The notes beneath the pieces are model-generated. The model ran no database searches, had not been told where the DNA came from, and was given only the letters and a program-made list of their open reading frames with translations. Positions 29,082 to 38,655 of a stretch of 64,000 bases of DNA are shown here, piece by piece (positions within the stretch are counted from its first letter, which is position 1; each line of letters starts with the position of its first letter). The stretch is from Candidatus Omnitrophota bacterium (GTDB taxonomy: Bacteria; Omnitrophota; Gorgyraeia; B26-G9): NCBI GenBank assembly GCA_043814605.1, contig JBDRJV010000022.1, positions 85,305 to 149,304 on the forward strand, given 5' to 3'. Position numbers and translations under genes: made by a program.

Positions 29082-30509
29082 ATGAAAAAATCTCAAAAAA
29101 ACTTGAAAATTTATTTAGAAAAAACATTTAATTTAATTTTAAATAAAAATCAATTTCAGGAAATTGACCGTTTGATTTTCGAGATAATGCAACGCGATTC
29201 AGCCGAAAAAGAAGAAATTATAAATAATTTAATAAAAAAAGATCTTTTTGAAAAAATAAAAAAATCTTCTGCTAAAAACAAATTCTCTCTGATTAAAAAT
29301 TTATTAATAGAAATGCGCTTTCCGCTTACAGCAGGGCAATATCCCATAAAAACCCAAGATGTTTTTTTGAGCAAACTTAACCCGCCGCTGGAAATACCTC
29401 CTAAAAAAAATATCTCCTCTGCTTTATTTACACCGGAAAAAATTTTTGTCGAGAAAAAAGTGAAAAACTCTTATTTGTCTGAAAAATTTAAAAGTAAATT
29501 CCCGAGGATTAAAATACAAGAAATTAGCTATGCCTTTGAATACATAAAGAAAAACAAATTTAACCTTAAAGATTTAAAAAAACCTTATGTATTTATTGTG
29601 CGAGAGCAGCGGGATTTTATCAAGCCCTGCCCCTGCACAAAAAACCATTTGGGCTGCGGTTATTGGATTTTTAATCTGGGATTTGGCTGCCCTTATGATT
29701 GCGCTTATTGTTTTCTGCAGCAGTACGCAAATTTTCCCGGGATTATGCTGCCGGCTAATTTTGACGATTTTTTTGCAGATTTTGATAACTTTTACAAAAA
29801 AATTAACCGCCCCATACGTATTGGCACAGGAGAATTCTGCGATTCTTTGGCTTTGGACGATATCACAGAGTACTCTTCCCTGTTAATTGACTTTTTCCGA
29901 GAAAAAAATGTTTTATTTGAATTAAAAACAAAAAGTAATAACATTGCTAATATTCTCAAATCAAAACCAGCTAAAAATATTATTATTTCTTTTAGTGTTA
30001 ATCCTCAAAGTTTAATTGACTCCCAGGAATTTTTTACGGCAACACTCCAGCAGCGAATCCAGGCGGCAAAAGCAATTCAAGAAAAAAGTTTTTCTTTAGC
30101 TTTTCATTTTGATCCGATAATTTATACAAAAAACTGGCAAAGCCTATATCAGGAAGTTATCGATGAACTTTACAAAAACCTTAAAACTCCTTTTATGTGG
30201 ATAAGTCTGGGCACATTACGCGGCACCCGTACACTCAAAAATGTATCAGAAGTAAGATTCCCAGAAAAGAACATCTTTTACGGTGAATTATTTCTCGGGC
30301 CTGACAAAAAATTGCGTTATCCGAAATTCCTACGAAAAGAGATTTATAAATTCATAAACAGCAGTATTAGAAAATATGACCAAAAAACACCTGTATATTT
30401 ATGCATGGAGGATCAGGACTGCTGGTCAGCTTTAGAAAGTAAATCCTTTGATACAGCCAAAATCGAAGATTACCTGATTAATCCGAAAAAACCGTTAGAA
30501 TTCAAATAA
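29082..30509 (+). CDS. Spore photoproduct lyase (SplB)-like radical SAM protein with N-terminal extension
   Basis: GCPYDCAYCFLQ, GTGEFCDSL, ELKTKS, FHFDPI, KLRY, YLCME. Confidence 0.8.
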   Translation: MKKSQKNLKIYLEKTFNLILNKNQFQEIDRLIFEIMQRDSAEKEEIINNLIKKDLFEKIKKSSAKNKFSLIKNLLIEMRFPLTAGQYPIKTQDVFLSKLNPPLEIPPKKNISSALFTPEKIFVEKKVKNSYLSEKFKSKFPRIKIQEISYAFEYIKKNKFNLKDLKKPYVFIVREQRDFIKPCPCTKNHLGCGYWIFNLGFGCPYDCAYCFLQQYANFPGIMLPANFDDFFADFDNFYKKINRPIRIGTGEFCDSLALDDITEYSSLLIDFFREKNVLFELKTKSNNIANILKSKPAKNIIISFSVNPQSLIDSQEFFTATLQQRIQAAKAIQEKSFSLAFHFDPIIYTKNWQSLYQEVIDELYKNLKTPFMWISLGTLRGTRTLKNVSEVRFPEKNIFYGELFLGPDKKLRYPKFLRKEIYKFINSSIRKYDQKTPVYLCMEDQDCWSALESKSFDTAKIEDYLINPKKPLEFK

Positions 30510-30511
30510 TT

Positions 30512-31876
30512 GATAATGTAAAATAAGTTTCGCGTTTTAGGTATTGCCAACGTAAAGAAAAAGGCATAACCTCTTAGGTTGATAACGGAAATTATTAACC
30601 TAACCGGCCGGAAGGCCAGCAAAGGAGGCTATGCCATGAAGTCAGTAGATTTTTATAGTAGTAATGTAGCAAAGCAATGGCAGTATGTAAAGCGTAATTT
30701 ACGCGAGATGGGGTTATTGAAGATTACTGAAGGTTTGGATATAGAGACAAAGGCAAGGATGATCATAGAGCAGTTTTTTCAGCAAACAGTGTACGGGGAA
30801 TTCAGGAAACAGCTTCATGCGGATAGATATGAACGAAAAGCTGAACGCTATGATATACGTTCAGGATATTACAACAGAATGTTTACTAGTACATACGGCA
30901 TTTGTAATTTGCTTATTCCAAAAGTGAGGAAGAAAAGCCGGGAATATAACTATGAGTTATTTGATAAGTATCAGCGTAGGCAAAAGAAATTTGATGATAT
31001 GGTAGTATTGTCATTATTGTTGGGATTTTCTACGAGGAAACAGGAGCGATTTTTCAGGTCATTTATTGGAACAAGTGTAAGTCATAAGACGGCATCAAGT
31101 TTGATGCAAAATCTTAGTGATGATTTAAATGAATACCGCAACAAGAGAATCGAAGATAAATATAGATTTATATTTATTGACGCAATATGGGTAAACATAA
31201 AAGAGATAGACACTAAGAAGCGGCCGATATTATTTACAATGGGAATAAGTACCGATGGGCAACAAGAGATTATCGCGTTTAAGTTGGCAGAAGGCGAAAC
31301 AGAGCTAGAGTATACTAATTTTCTGAATGATCTTTACCGCAGAGGGCTGCAAGGTAAAGTATTGGAATTGATAATTCGACGGGTCTAAAGCAATTACATC
31401 AGCAGTAAAGACAATATACCCATATACGCCTAGGCAGCGTTGTTACACGCATAAATTAAGGAATTTACTGCAGAATATACGGTATAAGTTTAAACATAGA
31501 GCCAAGATATCAAAAGAAGTCAGAAATATATATAAAGCAGAGTCAAGGCAGGAAGCAATAAAAAGATTTAAAACATTTGTTGAAGCTTGGCGAAAAGTAG
31601 AACCTAAAGCGATTAAATGTTTTCAAGATGAGTTTTATAATACTCTTAATTTCTATGATTTTCCAAAGGAGATAAGAAGTGTGATTTCAACGACAAATCA
31701 TCTTGAGCGATTTTTAGAAGAAATTCGCCGAAGGATTAAGATTCAAGGGTATTTTAAAAGTGAAAGAAGCCTTAATCTTTGGATTTTTGGGCTTATTCAA
31801 CAAATACAACTAAAGCCCATACAACAACCTAAGAGAATGCTTAAAACTAAAAGTGCGAAATAATCGTTGCTTTACT
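30512..31876 (+). mobile_element. IS256-family insertion sequence with an 8-bp target-site duplication
   Basis: AAATAATT at 30504-30511 and 31877-31884; imperfect terminal IRs sharing TTTCGC; Mutator-type transposase inside. Confidence 0.85.
30636..31863 (+). pseudogene. IS256 (Mutator-like DDE) transposase, frameshifted near 31377
   Basis: RYER...RSGYY, FIDA, DLYRRGL; frame change to DGSKAI...QRCYTHKLRN...TTNHLERFLEEIRRR; AAAGGAGG RBS before ATG 30636. Confidence 0.88.
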
Positions 31877-31891
31877 AAATAATTAATATAT

Positions 31892-31920
31892 TTGACAGAT
31901 ATATTATTTTGTGATATCTT
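31892..31920 (+). promoter_or_regulatory. Putative sigma70 promoter upstream of the tRNA-Phe region
   Basis: TTGACA, 17-nt spacer, TATCTT with extended TG. Confidence 0.4.
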
Positions 31921-32167
31921 ATGAAAACATAATTTTCAGGAAAAAGAAATATAATTATATCTGATATTGTTTTTTTAAAATATTTGATTTAGGTGCCGAG
32001 GTAGCTTCCCGCCAAAATACAGCGGGATTAATTCGCAGACAGCTTAAAAAGCCTATAATTTACCTTGATGTAAATTATAGGCTCATTAACAGTCTACCGA
32101 CTTCGCAAAAATGAAATTGTGCAATAAGTAATAAAAGCTTTTTATTTAAAAATAAACTATATTGTGT

Positions 32168-32243
32168 GCCGAGGTAGCTCAGTCGGTAGAGCGAGGGACT
32201 GAAAATCCCTGCGTGGGCGGTTCGATTCCGTCCCTCGGCACCA
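32168..32243 (+). tRNA. tRNA-Phe (GAA)
   Basis: GCCGAGG/CCTCGGC acceptor stem, AGGGA-CTGAAAA-TCCCT anticodon arm, GGTTCGATTCC T arm, encoded CCA. Confidence 0.97.
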
Positions 32244-32247
32244 TTAT

Positions 32248-32279
32248 AAAAAAAGACTCTCGAGAGAGAGCCTTTTTTA
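32248..32279. terminator. Bidirectional intrinsic terminator
   Basis: A-run, GACTCTC-gaga-GAGAGCC, T-run; between the convergent tRNA-Phe and hydrolase genes. Confidence 0.7.
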
Positions 32280-32314
32280 TATATCCGCAAGCAACGCATA
32301 AAGCCAACTAAATA

Positions 32315-33055
32315 TTATAAAAGTGTTTCTTCAAACCATTGTTTAATATTTTCCATTAACTCTTTTTCGTTTTTTCTTAGGAGATACTCAGCATGTGGGC
32401 CTTTTTTAATAATCAAGAGCTGTTTTTTTGATTTTGTTCTTTTATACAGCAATTCAGAGTGATTTTTTTTAATCACCCAATCTGCATCACCGTGAATATA
32501 AAAAATCGGGATATTCAGCCGGCAAACCAGCTTAATCGGTTTATCTTTTTTTAACCAGAACGGGCCCGGACGAACCCCTTTGCCTTTACTTCCCTTTCCC
32601 GCCAAAGTATAAAATATGTCGTTTTCAATATCCAAGTCCCAAAAATGGTAATCAATTTTATTAAATTCTGTTGGAGTACTGATACAAATACAGCTGTGTA
32701 CTGATTTCGAACGCGTTAAAGCAATAATACTTGTGGCCGCGCCTAAGGAAAATCCAATCAATCCAATCCGAGAATATTTTTCCCGGGCAAATTTGATTAT
32801 TGCTTTTAAATCATGGTATTCCCGGGAAGTCCAATAGAATAACCCGTCACTTTTTCCATGCCCCCGGAAATCAAAAGCAATCACATCAACTTTCCACTGG
32901 TAAAGATTCTTAATTAATGCCTGTATTAAATCTGAACTTTTACTATTGAAAAATCCGTGCGCAATAATCACTACAGCCTGGTTACCCGCCTGGTAATGAT
33001 CATAATGTATTTGTTTAGCATCAAGAGTTAACACAATTCCTGATATTTTTTTCAT
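32315..33055 (-). CDS. Alpha/beta hydrolase
   Basis: HGF, DFRGHGKS, GFSLG, HGDAD, H in GPHAE. Confidence 0.9.
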   Translation of the reverse strand: MKKISGIVLTLDAKQIHYDHYQAGNQAVVIIAHGFFNSKSSDLIQALIKNLYQWKVDVIAFDFRGHGKSDGLFYWTSREYHDLKAIIKFAREKYSRIGLIGFSLGAATSIIALTRSKSVHSCICISTPTEFNKIDYHFWDLDIENDIFYTLAGKGSKGKGVRPGPFWLKKDKPIKLVCRLNIPIFYIHGDADWVIKKNHSELLYKRTKSKKQLLIIKKGPHAEYLLRKNEKELMENIKQWFEETLL

Positions 33056-33915
33056 ATATTCCCCAAATAAACAAGTTTGAGTTTTTTCTGGGCAATTGCC
33101 AATGCCCTTTCTAAAGTAGCGCGGGGGGTCATTTCCGTAACTAATTTATAACAAGGAAAATAGCGGGAAAAATGCAGCGGTGTTTCCGCTCCGGTATTAT
33201 CAAAAATCCAATCAGTAATTTTCTCAAAATGCTCATCCGTATCATTCTCTCCCGGAATAATTAAATTTGTTAATTCAATATGACAACTTTGGTTAGCTCG
33301 CTTAATAGTATTCAAAACCGGATCCCGAGACCCTTGACAAATTTTTTTGTAAAAATCATTATCCATTGATTTTAAATCAATATTCATCGCTCCGATAAAG
33401 GGTAAAATTTCATCCAGCGGCTCTGGGTTTACATATCCGTTGGTAACTAAAACATTTTCTAAGTTGTTTTTTTTAGCTAACTTTGCACAATCGCACACAA
33501 ATTCATACCAGATAAAAGGCTCATTATAAGTGTAGGCAATCCCCAAAATATTTAAACGCTGTGTTTCTTTAATTATCTCCTCTGGAGTGATGTCTTCTAA
33601 GGCAATATTAGGATTTTGTGAAATATGCCAATTTTGGCAAAAAGAACACTTTAAATTGCATCCTTTTGTGCCTAAAGAAAGAATCACCTGCCCCGGATGA
33701 AAATGATAAAGCGGTTTTTTCTCAATCGGATCCAGTGCAATCCCGGTTGTTTTACCATAAATCAAGGAATAAAGTTCTCCTTTTATGTTTTTACGCACAC
33801 CGCATATCCCTGTTTTCCCGTCGATAATAATACAATTTTGCGGGCATAATTGACATTGAAGATCATTGTTTCTTAGCTTTTTAAAAAAACTTGCTTTAAA
33901 TAGTTTAGTACCCAT
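33052..33915 (-). CDS. amrS: AmmeMemoRadiSam-system radical SAM enzyme
   Basis: CQLCPQNC...CGVR, DPIEKKPLYHF, GCNLKCSFCQN, TYNEP, YLGN. Confidence 0.88.
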   Translation of the reverse strand: MGTKLFKASFFKKLRNNDLQCQLCPQNCIIIDGKTGICGVRKNIKGELYSLIYGKTTGIALDPIEKKPLYHFHPGQVILSLGTKGCNLKCSFCQNWHISQNPNIALEDITPEEIIKETQRLNILGIAYTYNEPFIWYEFVCDCAKLAKKNNLENVLVTNGYVNPEPLDEILPFIGAMNIDLKSMDNDFYKKICQGSRDPVLNTIKRANQSCHIELTNLIIPGENDTDEHFEKITDWIFDNTGAETPLHFSRYFPCYKLVTEMTPRATLERALAIAQKKLKLVYLGNI

Positions 33916-33951
33916 AAGTTCTCTAGTATTATTTTTTTAAACAATATTTTT

Positions 33952-34659
33952 TTATATCCCCCTAACTAAAGAATTTTTAACAAATTTACAAGCTAGCTCA
34001 GCAATCTGCTCAAGCATTTCTTTAGAATAAGGTTTTAATAAACCCATTTTAGAATCTAGTGTATCTTTAGGATCAAATTGCTGCAGTACATATTTTTTTG
34101 CTCCTTGTATAGACTGCGCAATTTTTAAAATATCTTCTTTATCTAATAAACCGGGAATTACTGTTGTGCGGAATTCATAGTCAATTTTACTATCGATCAG
34201 AAAATTAATGCTTTGTTTTATATCCAGAAGATCAACCGTGGCTGCGGTAAGCTGAATATATTTTTCCTCAGTTAAAGGAGCCTTAATATCCATAGCCACA
34301 TAATCAATAAGTTTTTCATTGATTAACTCTTGGAGCATTTGGGGCCGGGTACCGTTAGTATCAATTTTGACAAGCAAATTTCTAGCCTTAATGTCCCGCA
34401 ATAATTCCTTTAAATGCGGATAAAGCATCGGTTCTCCGCCCTGTAAAACTACCGCATCAATCCAGTCCCGCTTTTCTTGAAAAAACTCCTCAATTTTTTT
34501 ATAAGGTACAGTCGGAATATTTTCGGAATTAAATATTAAAGTGCTAGAATGACAAAATGGGCAACGTAAATTACAGCCGGAAAGATAAATTACACAGGCA
34601 ATTTTTCCCTCCCAGTCAATAAAAGTATGCGGATTAAAACCCTTAATTAAGTGTTCCAT
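33952..34659 (-). CDS. nrdG: Anaerobic ribonucleotide reductase activating enzyme
   Basis: GCNLRCPFCH, GGEP, KIDTNG, AMDIK, YEFRTT; downstream of nrdD; start at MEHLIK. Confidence 0.88.
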   Translation of the reverse strand: MEHLIKGFNPHTFIDWEGKIACVIYLSGCNLRCPFCHSSTLIFNSENIPTVPYKKIEEFFQEKRDWIDAVVLQGGEPMLYPHLKELLRDIKARNLLVKIDTNGTRPQMLQELINEKLIDYVAMDIKAPLTEEKYIQLTAATVDLLDIKQSINFLIDSKIDYEFRTTVIPGLLDKEDILKIAQSIQGAKKYVLQQFDPKDTLDSKMGLLKPYSKEMLEQIAELACKFVKNSLVRGI

Positions 34660-34710
34660 ATTTATTTTTTTAATATCGGCAATTATATTTTTAATTTTTA
34701 CAAGTATTTC

Positions 34711-34746
34711 AAACAAAAAGACAGCAAGCCTCTTATGCTAACTGTC
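34711..34746 (-). terminator. Intrinsic terminator between the redoxin gene and nrdG
   Basis: Minus strand GACAGTTAGC-ataagag-GCTTGCTGTC followed by TTTTTGTTT. Confidence 0.55.
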
Positions 34747-34779
34747 CTTTGCCTAAAAAAATTAAAATATATTCTATAA

Positions 34780-35058
34780 TTAAGTCACGTCTTCGATAAG
34801 ATGCTCTTTTATTTTTTCTGAATGCGGTACTTCTCCCTCCCAACGGGCAACTACTTCGTTATCCTTTTCAAATATGGTTGTGGGAATTTGTAAAACATCA
34901 TTATATGCACCTTCGGCCATTCCATCCACTGTATCCATATCATGAAAATCTAATTTTACCTGATCGTCTACTTCCCATTTTGCCACAAAATGTTTAATTT
35001 TATTTTTTGTTGTTTCACATTTAGCACAGCCTTTTTTACCAAAAACTTTTATATTCAT
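34780..35058 (-). CDS. Thioredoxin/glutaredoxin-like protein (NrdH-like partner of NrdD)
   Basis: CAKC, IPT cis-Pro motif; overlaps the nrdD stop. Confidence 0.8.
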   Translation of the reverse strand: MNIKVFGKKGCAKCETTKNKIKHFVAKWEVDDQVKLDFHDMDTVDGMAEGAYNDVLQIPTTIFEKDNEVVARWEGEVPHSEKIKEHLIEDVT

Positions 35059-37487
35059 TCTCCTGTCCCCTCCTGCACTTTATAATTACCGCTGCGGCGG
35101 TCCTCAAGCTCAGCCAGTTTTGAAGGATTCCAATTATTAACCCGGCTAAAGTATCCGACGATTCTGGTTATATTATAGACATCTACAGACCCGCAATCAC
35201 TACATTTTTCTGCTAAGCCGCGACTTGTTTTAGAGCAGCTATTACAAACCGTAAATTCCGGACTAATTGTTAACTGTGCGGTTTGCGTTTTAAGCAGTGT
35301 TTTTTTGACCAAACTTAATATTGATTTAGGGTCGGGTTTTTGTTCTCCGACAAAAGCGTGAATAATTGCCCCGGATTCAATCAATGTATGGAATTTACTC
35401 TGTTTTTGAATTCTGGTAAGTAAATCTATCTGGGCATCAGCTTTAAAGTGAATACTATTTGTATAATAGTACCGGTCATTTTCAATATCCCCTTTAATCA
35501 CATTTGCCGCTTCGGGAAACTGACGTAAATCAACTTTGGGCAAGCGGCGGCAGGCAGATTCAGCCGGAGATTCTTCTAAAGAAAATTTAAGCCCGTATTT
35601 CTCCCCGTATTCTTTGATTTTATAATTCATGTAGGAAACAATTTTTAATCCCAGTTTAAATATTTCCTCTGATTCATGCAATTCCTGCCCGGTCAGAAAC
35701 TGGACACATTCATTAAGCCCGATTAAGCCGATAATATACGTTGCTTTTTCCAGGTCAATGTAGGGCCGACCATCCTTGGCCGGTTTACCTACCTCCCACA
35801 TGGGCATTCCTGGCTCATTCATAATCCGAGTAATAAAATCCTTTTTCTCTAAATGAGCCTTTACAGCAATATCCATTGCTTTTTCTATTTCCTTGTAAAT
35901 AAGATCAATATTATTTTTACCCGCCCGGTATGCTGCTTGGGGTAAGTTTATGGTGATATTTTGAAACCCGCAAAAACGCATACTTTCCGGATGTTCAATC
36001 ATATACATATCACTTATTTTTTGACGTAAACGACAGCACTGCGAAAGAACTGCTTCATCTCCGCGGTCAAAGACAAAATAAGGGGTCCCGTTTTCTGAAG
36101 CAACCAGGCAAGCATATTCTAATAACTCTAATTGCTGGGGATCTTCGAAAGTTTGCTCTTCAATATGTAAATCACATTTAGGAAAAGCAAACATCCGGCC
36201 ATCACGGTCTCCATCACGCCAAACATCCAACATTGCCTTAGCAAAGGCTCTTACTGTTTGTTCATATTCGCCATATGTACGTCCGGTATATTTCCCTCCC
36301 GGGCCAATTGCCGGAATATTGCGTAAATATTTTGGGACTCCAATATGAACATTGAAATCAATAAATAAACTCTGGCTGCCGCGGGAAAATGCATTTTGGG
36401 ATGCAGAAAAAATCAGGTATTGCGCTTCTTGTTTCATTTCTTTTTCACTCATTCCCTCAATAAATGGCGCATACATAATATTAATGTAACCAATCCCTAA
36501 TGCTCCCGCGTAATAAGCCTGCAAAGAAGCTAAAAATGTATTCAAATGACCGGTAAGAGTCCGGGCATATTTAGCCGGACCGCTTGTTGTAAAAAGATTC
36601 CCTAATTCTAAACCGTACTTTTTTAAATATTCGATAGAGTGCGAACCGCAATAAGCCCGCGGGTAACCTAGATCGTGGATATGCACCATACCAGTAAGAT
36701 GAGCATTCCCCACATCCTCGGAAAAAACTTTCTGTAACACATATTGTTTTAAAATTGTTTCGGCAATGGAAAGATTGACTGCTTCCGGATTATTGGAAGC
36801 GATATTAGAATTTTCACAACTTTTTGAATAGAGCAATTGTTCTAAATCAAAAATCGGCATACCAATTGCGCTCTGTTTCGAAAGAGATTTATCTAAGCCT
36901 CTTTCGAAAAGTTCATTATCAACTAGTTCGCGAATCAGTGCCGTTGAAATCCTTGTTAATTCTGAATTAAAAACTTTTTTTTCAACACCGGAGGCAATCT
37001 CTAAAGCTAAATCTTCGTCAATATTTGCTTCTTTTTGTAACGCCAGTGCAATTCTGCCTTTATCCCAATTCAAAATCTCATCTTTAGATAGAGGCGTTAC
37101 CAAAAGAGCTAAATCTGTAGAATTAGAACGCCCTTTTACTTTTTTGCGTACCTTTAAATTTTCTCGTATTTTCCTTCTTTTTTCCCGGTAAAGAATGTAA
37201 GCTTTTGCGGTTCTCGCATGACCTGTTTCTATCAAAACTTTTTCCACCACATCCTGTATTTGCTCAATTGTCGGAGCTTCATTTTTATATTGTTTTTCCA
37301 AAAAAAGCACTACTGCATTAGCCAGCTCATCCGCTAAAAGTTTATCTTCTCCTCCTACAGCTTGCGCTGCCTTAAATATCGCTTCACTTATTTTCCTTTT
37401 ATTAAATTCTACAATCCGGCCATCCCTTTTCTGCACGCTGTCCATAACTTTTCCTTCCATGGAAGTTTTTTCATTCCGTACCAACAT
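35055..37487 (-). CDS. nrdD: Class III (anaerobic) ribonucleoside-triphosphate reductase with ATP cones
   Basis: VQKRDGR ATP cone, HIHDL, SQCCRL, SPAES, YYTNS, CxxC/CxxC Zn site, RIVGY glycyl-radical loop. Confidence 0.95.
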   Translation of the reverse strand: MLVRNEKTSMEGKVMDSVQKRDGRIVEFNKRKISEAIFKAAQAVGGEDKLLADELANAVVLFLEKQYKNEAPTIEQIQDVVEKVLIETGHARTAKAYILYREKRRKIRENLKVRKKVKGRSNSTDLALLVTPLSKDEILNWDKGRIALALQKEANIDEDLALEIASGVEKKVFNSELTRISTALIRELVDNELFERGLDKSLSKQSAIGMPIFDLEQLLYSKSCENSNIASNNPEAVNLSIAETILKQYVLQKVFSEDVGNAHLTGMVHIHDLGYPRAYCGSHSIEYLKKYGLELGNLFTTSGPAKYARTLTGHLNTFLASLQAYYAGALGIGYINIMYAPFIEGMSEKEMKQEAQYLIFSASQNAFSRGSQSLFIDFNVHIGVPKYLRNIPAIGPGGKYTGRTYGEYEQTVRAFAKAMLDVWRDGDRDGRMFAFPKCDLHIEEQTFEDPQQLELLEYACLVASENGTPYFVFDRGDEAVLSQCCRLRQKISDMYMIEHPESMRFCGFQNITINLPQAAYRAGKNNIDLIYKEIEKAMDIAVKAHLEKKDFITRIMNEPGMPMWEVGKPAKDGRPYIDLEKATYIIGLIGLNECVQFLTGQELHESEEIFKLGLKIVSYMNYKIKEYGEKYGLKFSLEESPAESACRRLPKVDLRQFPEAANVIKGDIENDRYYYTNSIHFKADAQIDLLTRIQKQSKFHTLIESGAIIHAFVGEQKPDPKSILSLVKKTLLKTQTAQLTISPEFTVCNSCSKTSRGLAEKCSDCGSVDVYNITRIVGYFSRVNNWNPSKLAELEDRRSGNYKVQEGTGE

Positions 37488-37490
37488 TGC

Positions 37491-37952
37491 TTATTCCCTC
37501 CTCTTATTCAACAGATCCTTCAACTCTCCTAAAAATTGATTTATATCTTTAAACTGCCGATACACTGATGCAAACCTTACATAAGCAACCTCATCTATAT
37601 CCTGCAAGTGCTGCATAAGAAGTTCCCCAATATCTGAGCTGACCACCTCTTTATCATACTTTTTTTGTAATGCCCGTTCGATTGAATCAACCACTCCTTC
37701 AATCTTTTCCATGCTTACAGGACGTTTTTCACAAGCTCTTAAAAGTCCGGATAAAATTTTATTCCGGTCATAAGGTTCACGCCGTCCGTCTTTTTTAATA
37801 ATCATCAATGCTGTTTTCTCAATATATTCATATGTTGTAAATCTACGTTGACATTTTAAACATTCGCGTCTTCTACGGATTGAATCACCTTCTGAAGAAA
37901 TTCGAGAATCAACTACTTTGTCCTCAATATTACCGCAAAACGGGCATTTCAT
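37491..37952 (-). CDS. nrdR: Transcriptional repressor NrdR
   Basis: [31 protein letters not shown]. Confidence 0.97.
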   Translation of the reverse strand: MKCPFCGNIEDKVVDSRISSEGDSIRRRRECLKCQRRFTTYEYIEKTALMIIKKDGRREPYDRNKILSGLLRACEKRPVSMEKIEGVVDSIERALQKKYDKEVVSSDIGELLMQHLQDIDEVAYVRFASVYRQFKDINQFLGELKDLLNKRRE

Positions 37953-37986
37953 GGAGTATAAAACCTTTTTTTGATAGACTGGAGAT

Positions 37987-38041
37987 ACACACTATATTGT
38001 AGTTACGATAGCATATTATACTATATATAGTGTCTTGTCAA
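37987..38041 (-). promoter_or_regulatory. Two NrdR boxes overlapping a sigma70 promoter
   Basis: acacactatattgtag (37987-38002) and atactatatatagtgt (38018-38033), 31 bp apart; TTGACA at 38041-38036 on the minus strand. Confidence 0.8.
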
Positions 38042-38119
38042 TAATTATTTTTAGCTAAAAAAACCTGTTTTTTGGTGATTTAGGCCGGATTTAAGCGTAT
38101 TATCACAGAGATACACAAA

Positions 38120-38602
38120 TTAACGCGGTTTTTTGATTACCGTTACCTTAACCTTTGCTTCATCAAGAATTTTTTTGGCAAATTTATCAGGGTATTTTGA
38201 AAGAACAACTATCTTTTTAATTCCGGCATTAATAATCATTTTAGCACAAATAACACAAGGCTGATTACTACAATAAATAATACTATCTTTAACACTAATA
38301 CCATATTGAGCTGCTTGTAAAATCGCATTCATTTCTGCATGTAAAGCCCGGCAAAGCTCATGACGCTCTCCGGATGGTATTTTTAATTTATCCCGCAAAC
38401 AACCAATTTTTTCACAATGTTCCAGCCCTGAAGGCGCCCCATTATATCCTGTAGCCAAGATCCGCTTTTCTTTAACAATGACCGCTCCCACTTGTCTGCG
38501 TAAGCAAGTTGAACGTTTCGCAACCAGGCTAACAATACTCAAAAAATATTCATCCCAACTGGGTCGTGATTTTTTTTTATTCATTATTTTTTCACTCTTC
38601 AT
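38120..38602 (-). CDS. dCMP deaminase (ComEB family)
   Basis: [31 protein letters not shown]. Confidence 0.92.
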   Translation of the reverse strand: MKSEKIMNKKKSRPSWDEYFLSIVSLVAKRSTCLRRQVGAVIVKEKRILATGYNGAPSGLEHCEKIGCLRDKLKIPSGERHELCRALHAEMNAILQAAQYGISVKDSIIYCSNQPCVICAKMIINAGIKKIVVLSKYPDKFAKKILDEAKVKVTVIKKPR

Positions 38603-38655
38603 TTTTTCAATTATTTAATTTTATATTCTGATTTTTGAATTTTAATTTTTCTTTT

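Noticed and set aside
32075-32299. 74-aa ORF on the minus strand
   Set aside because: It is the antisense reading of tRNA-Phe and its terminator
38613-38650. Possible heptamer array (ATTTTGA-like) between glyA and dCMP deaminase
   Set aside because: Too AT-rich and degenerate to distinguish from background by eye
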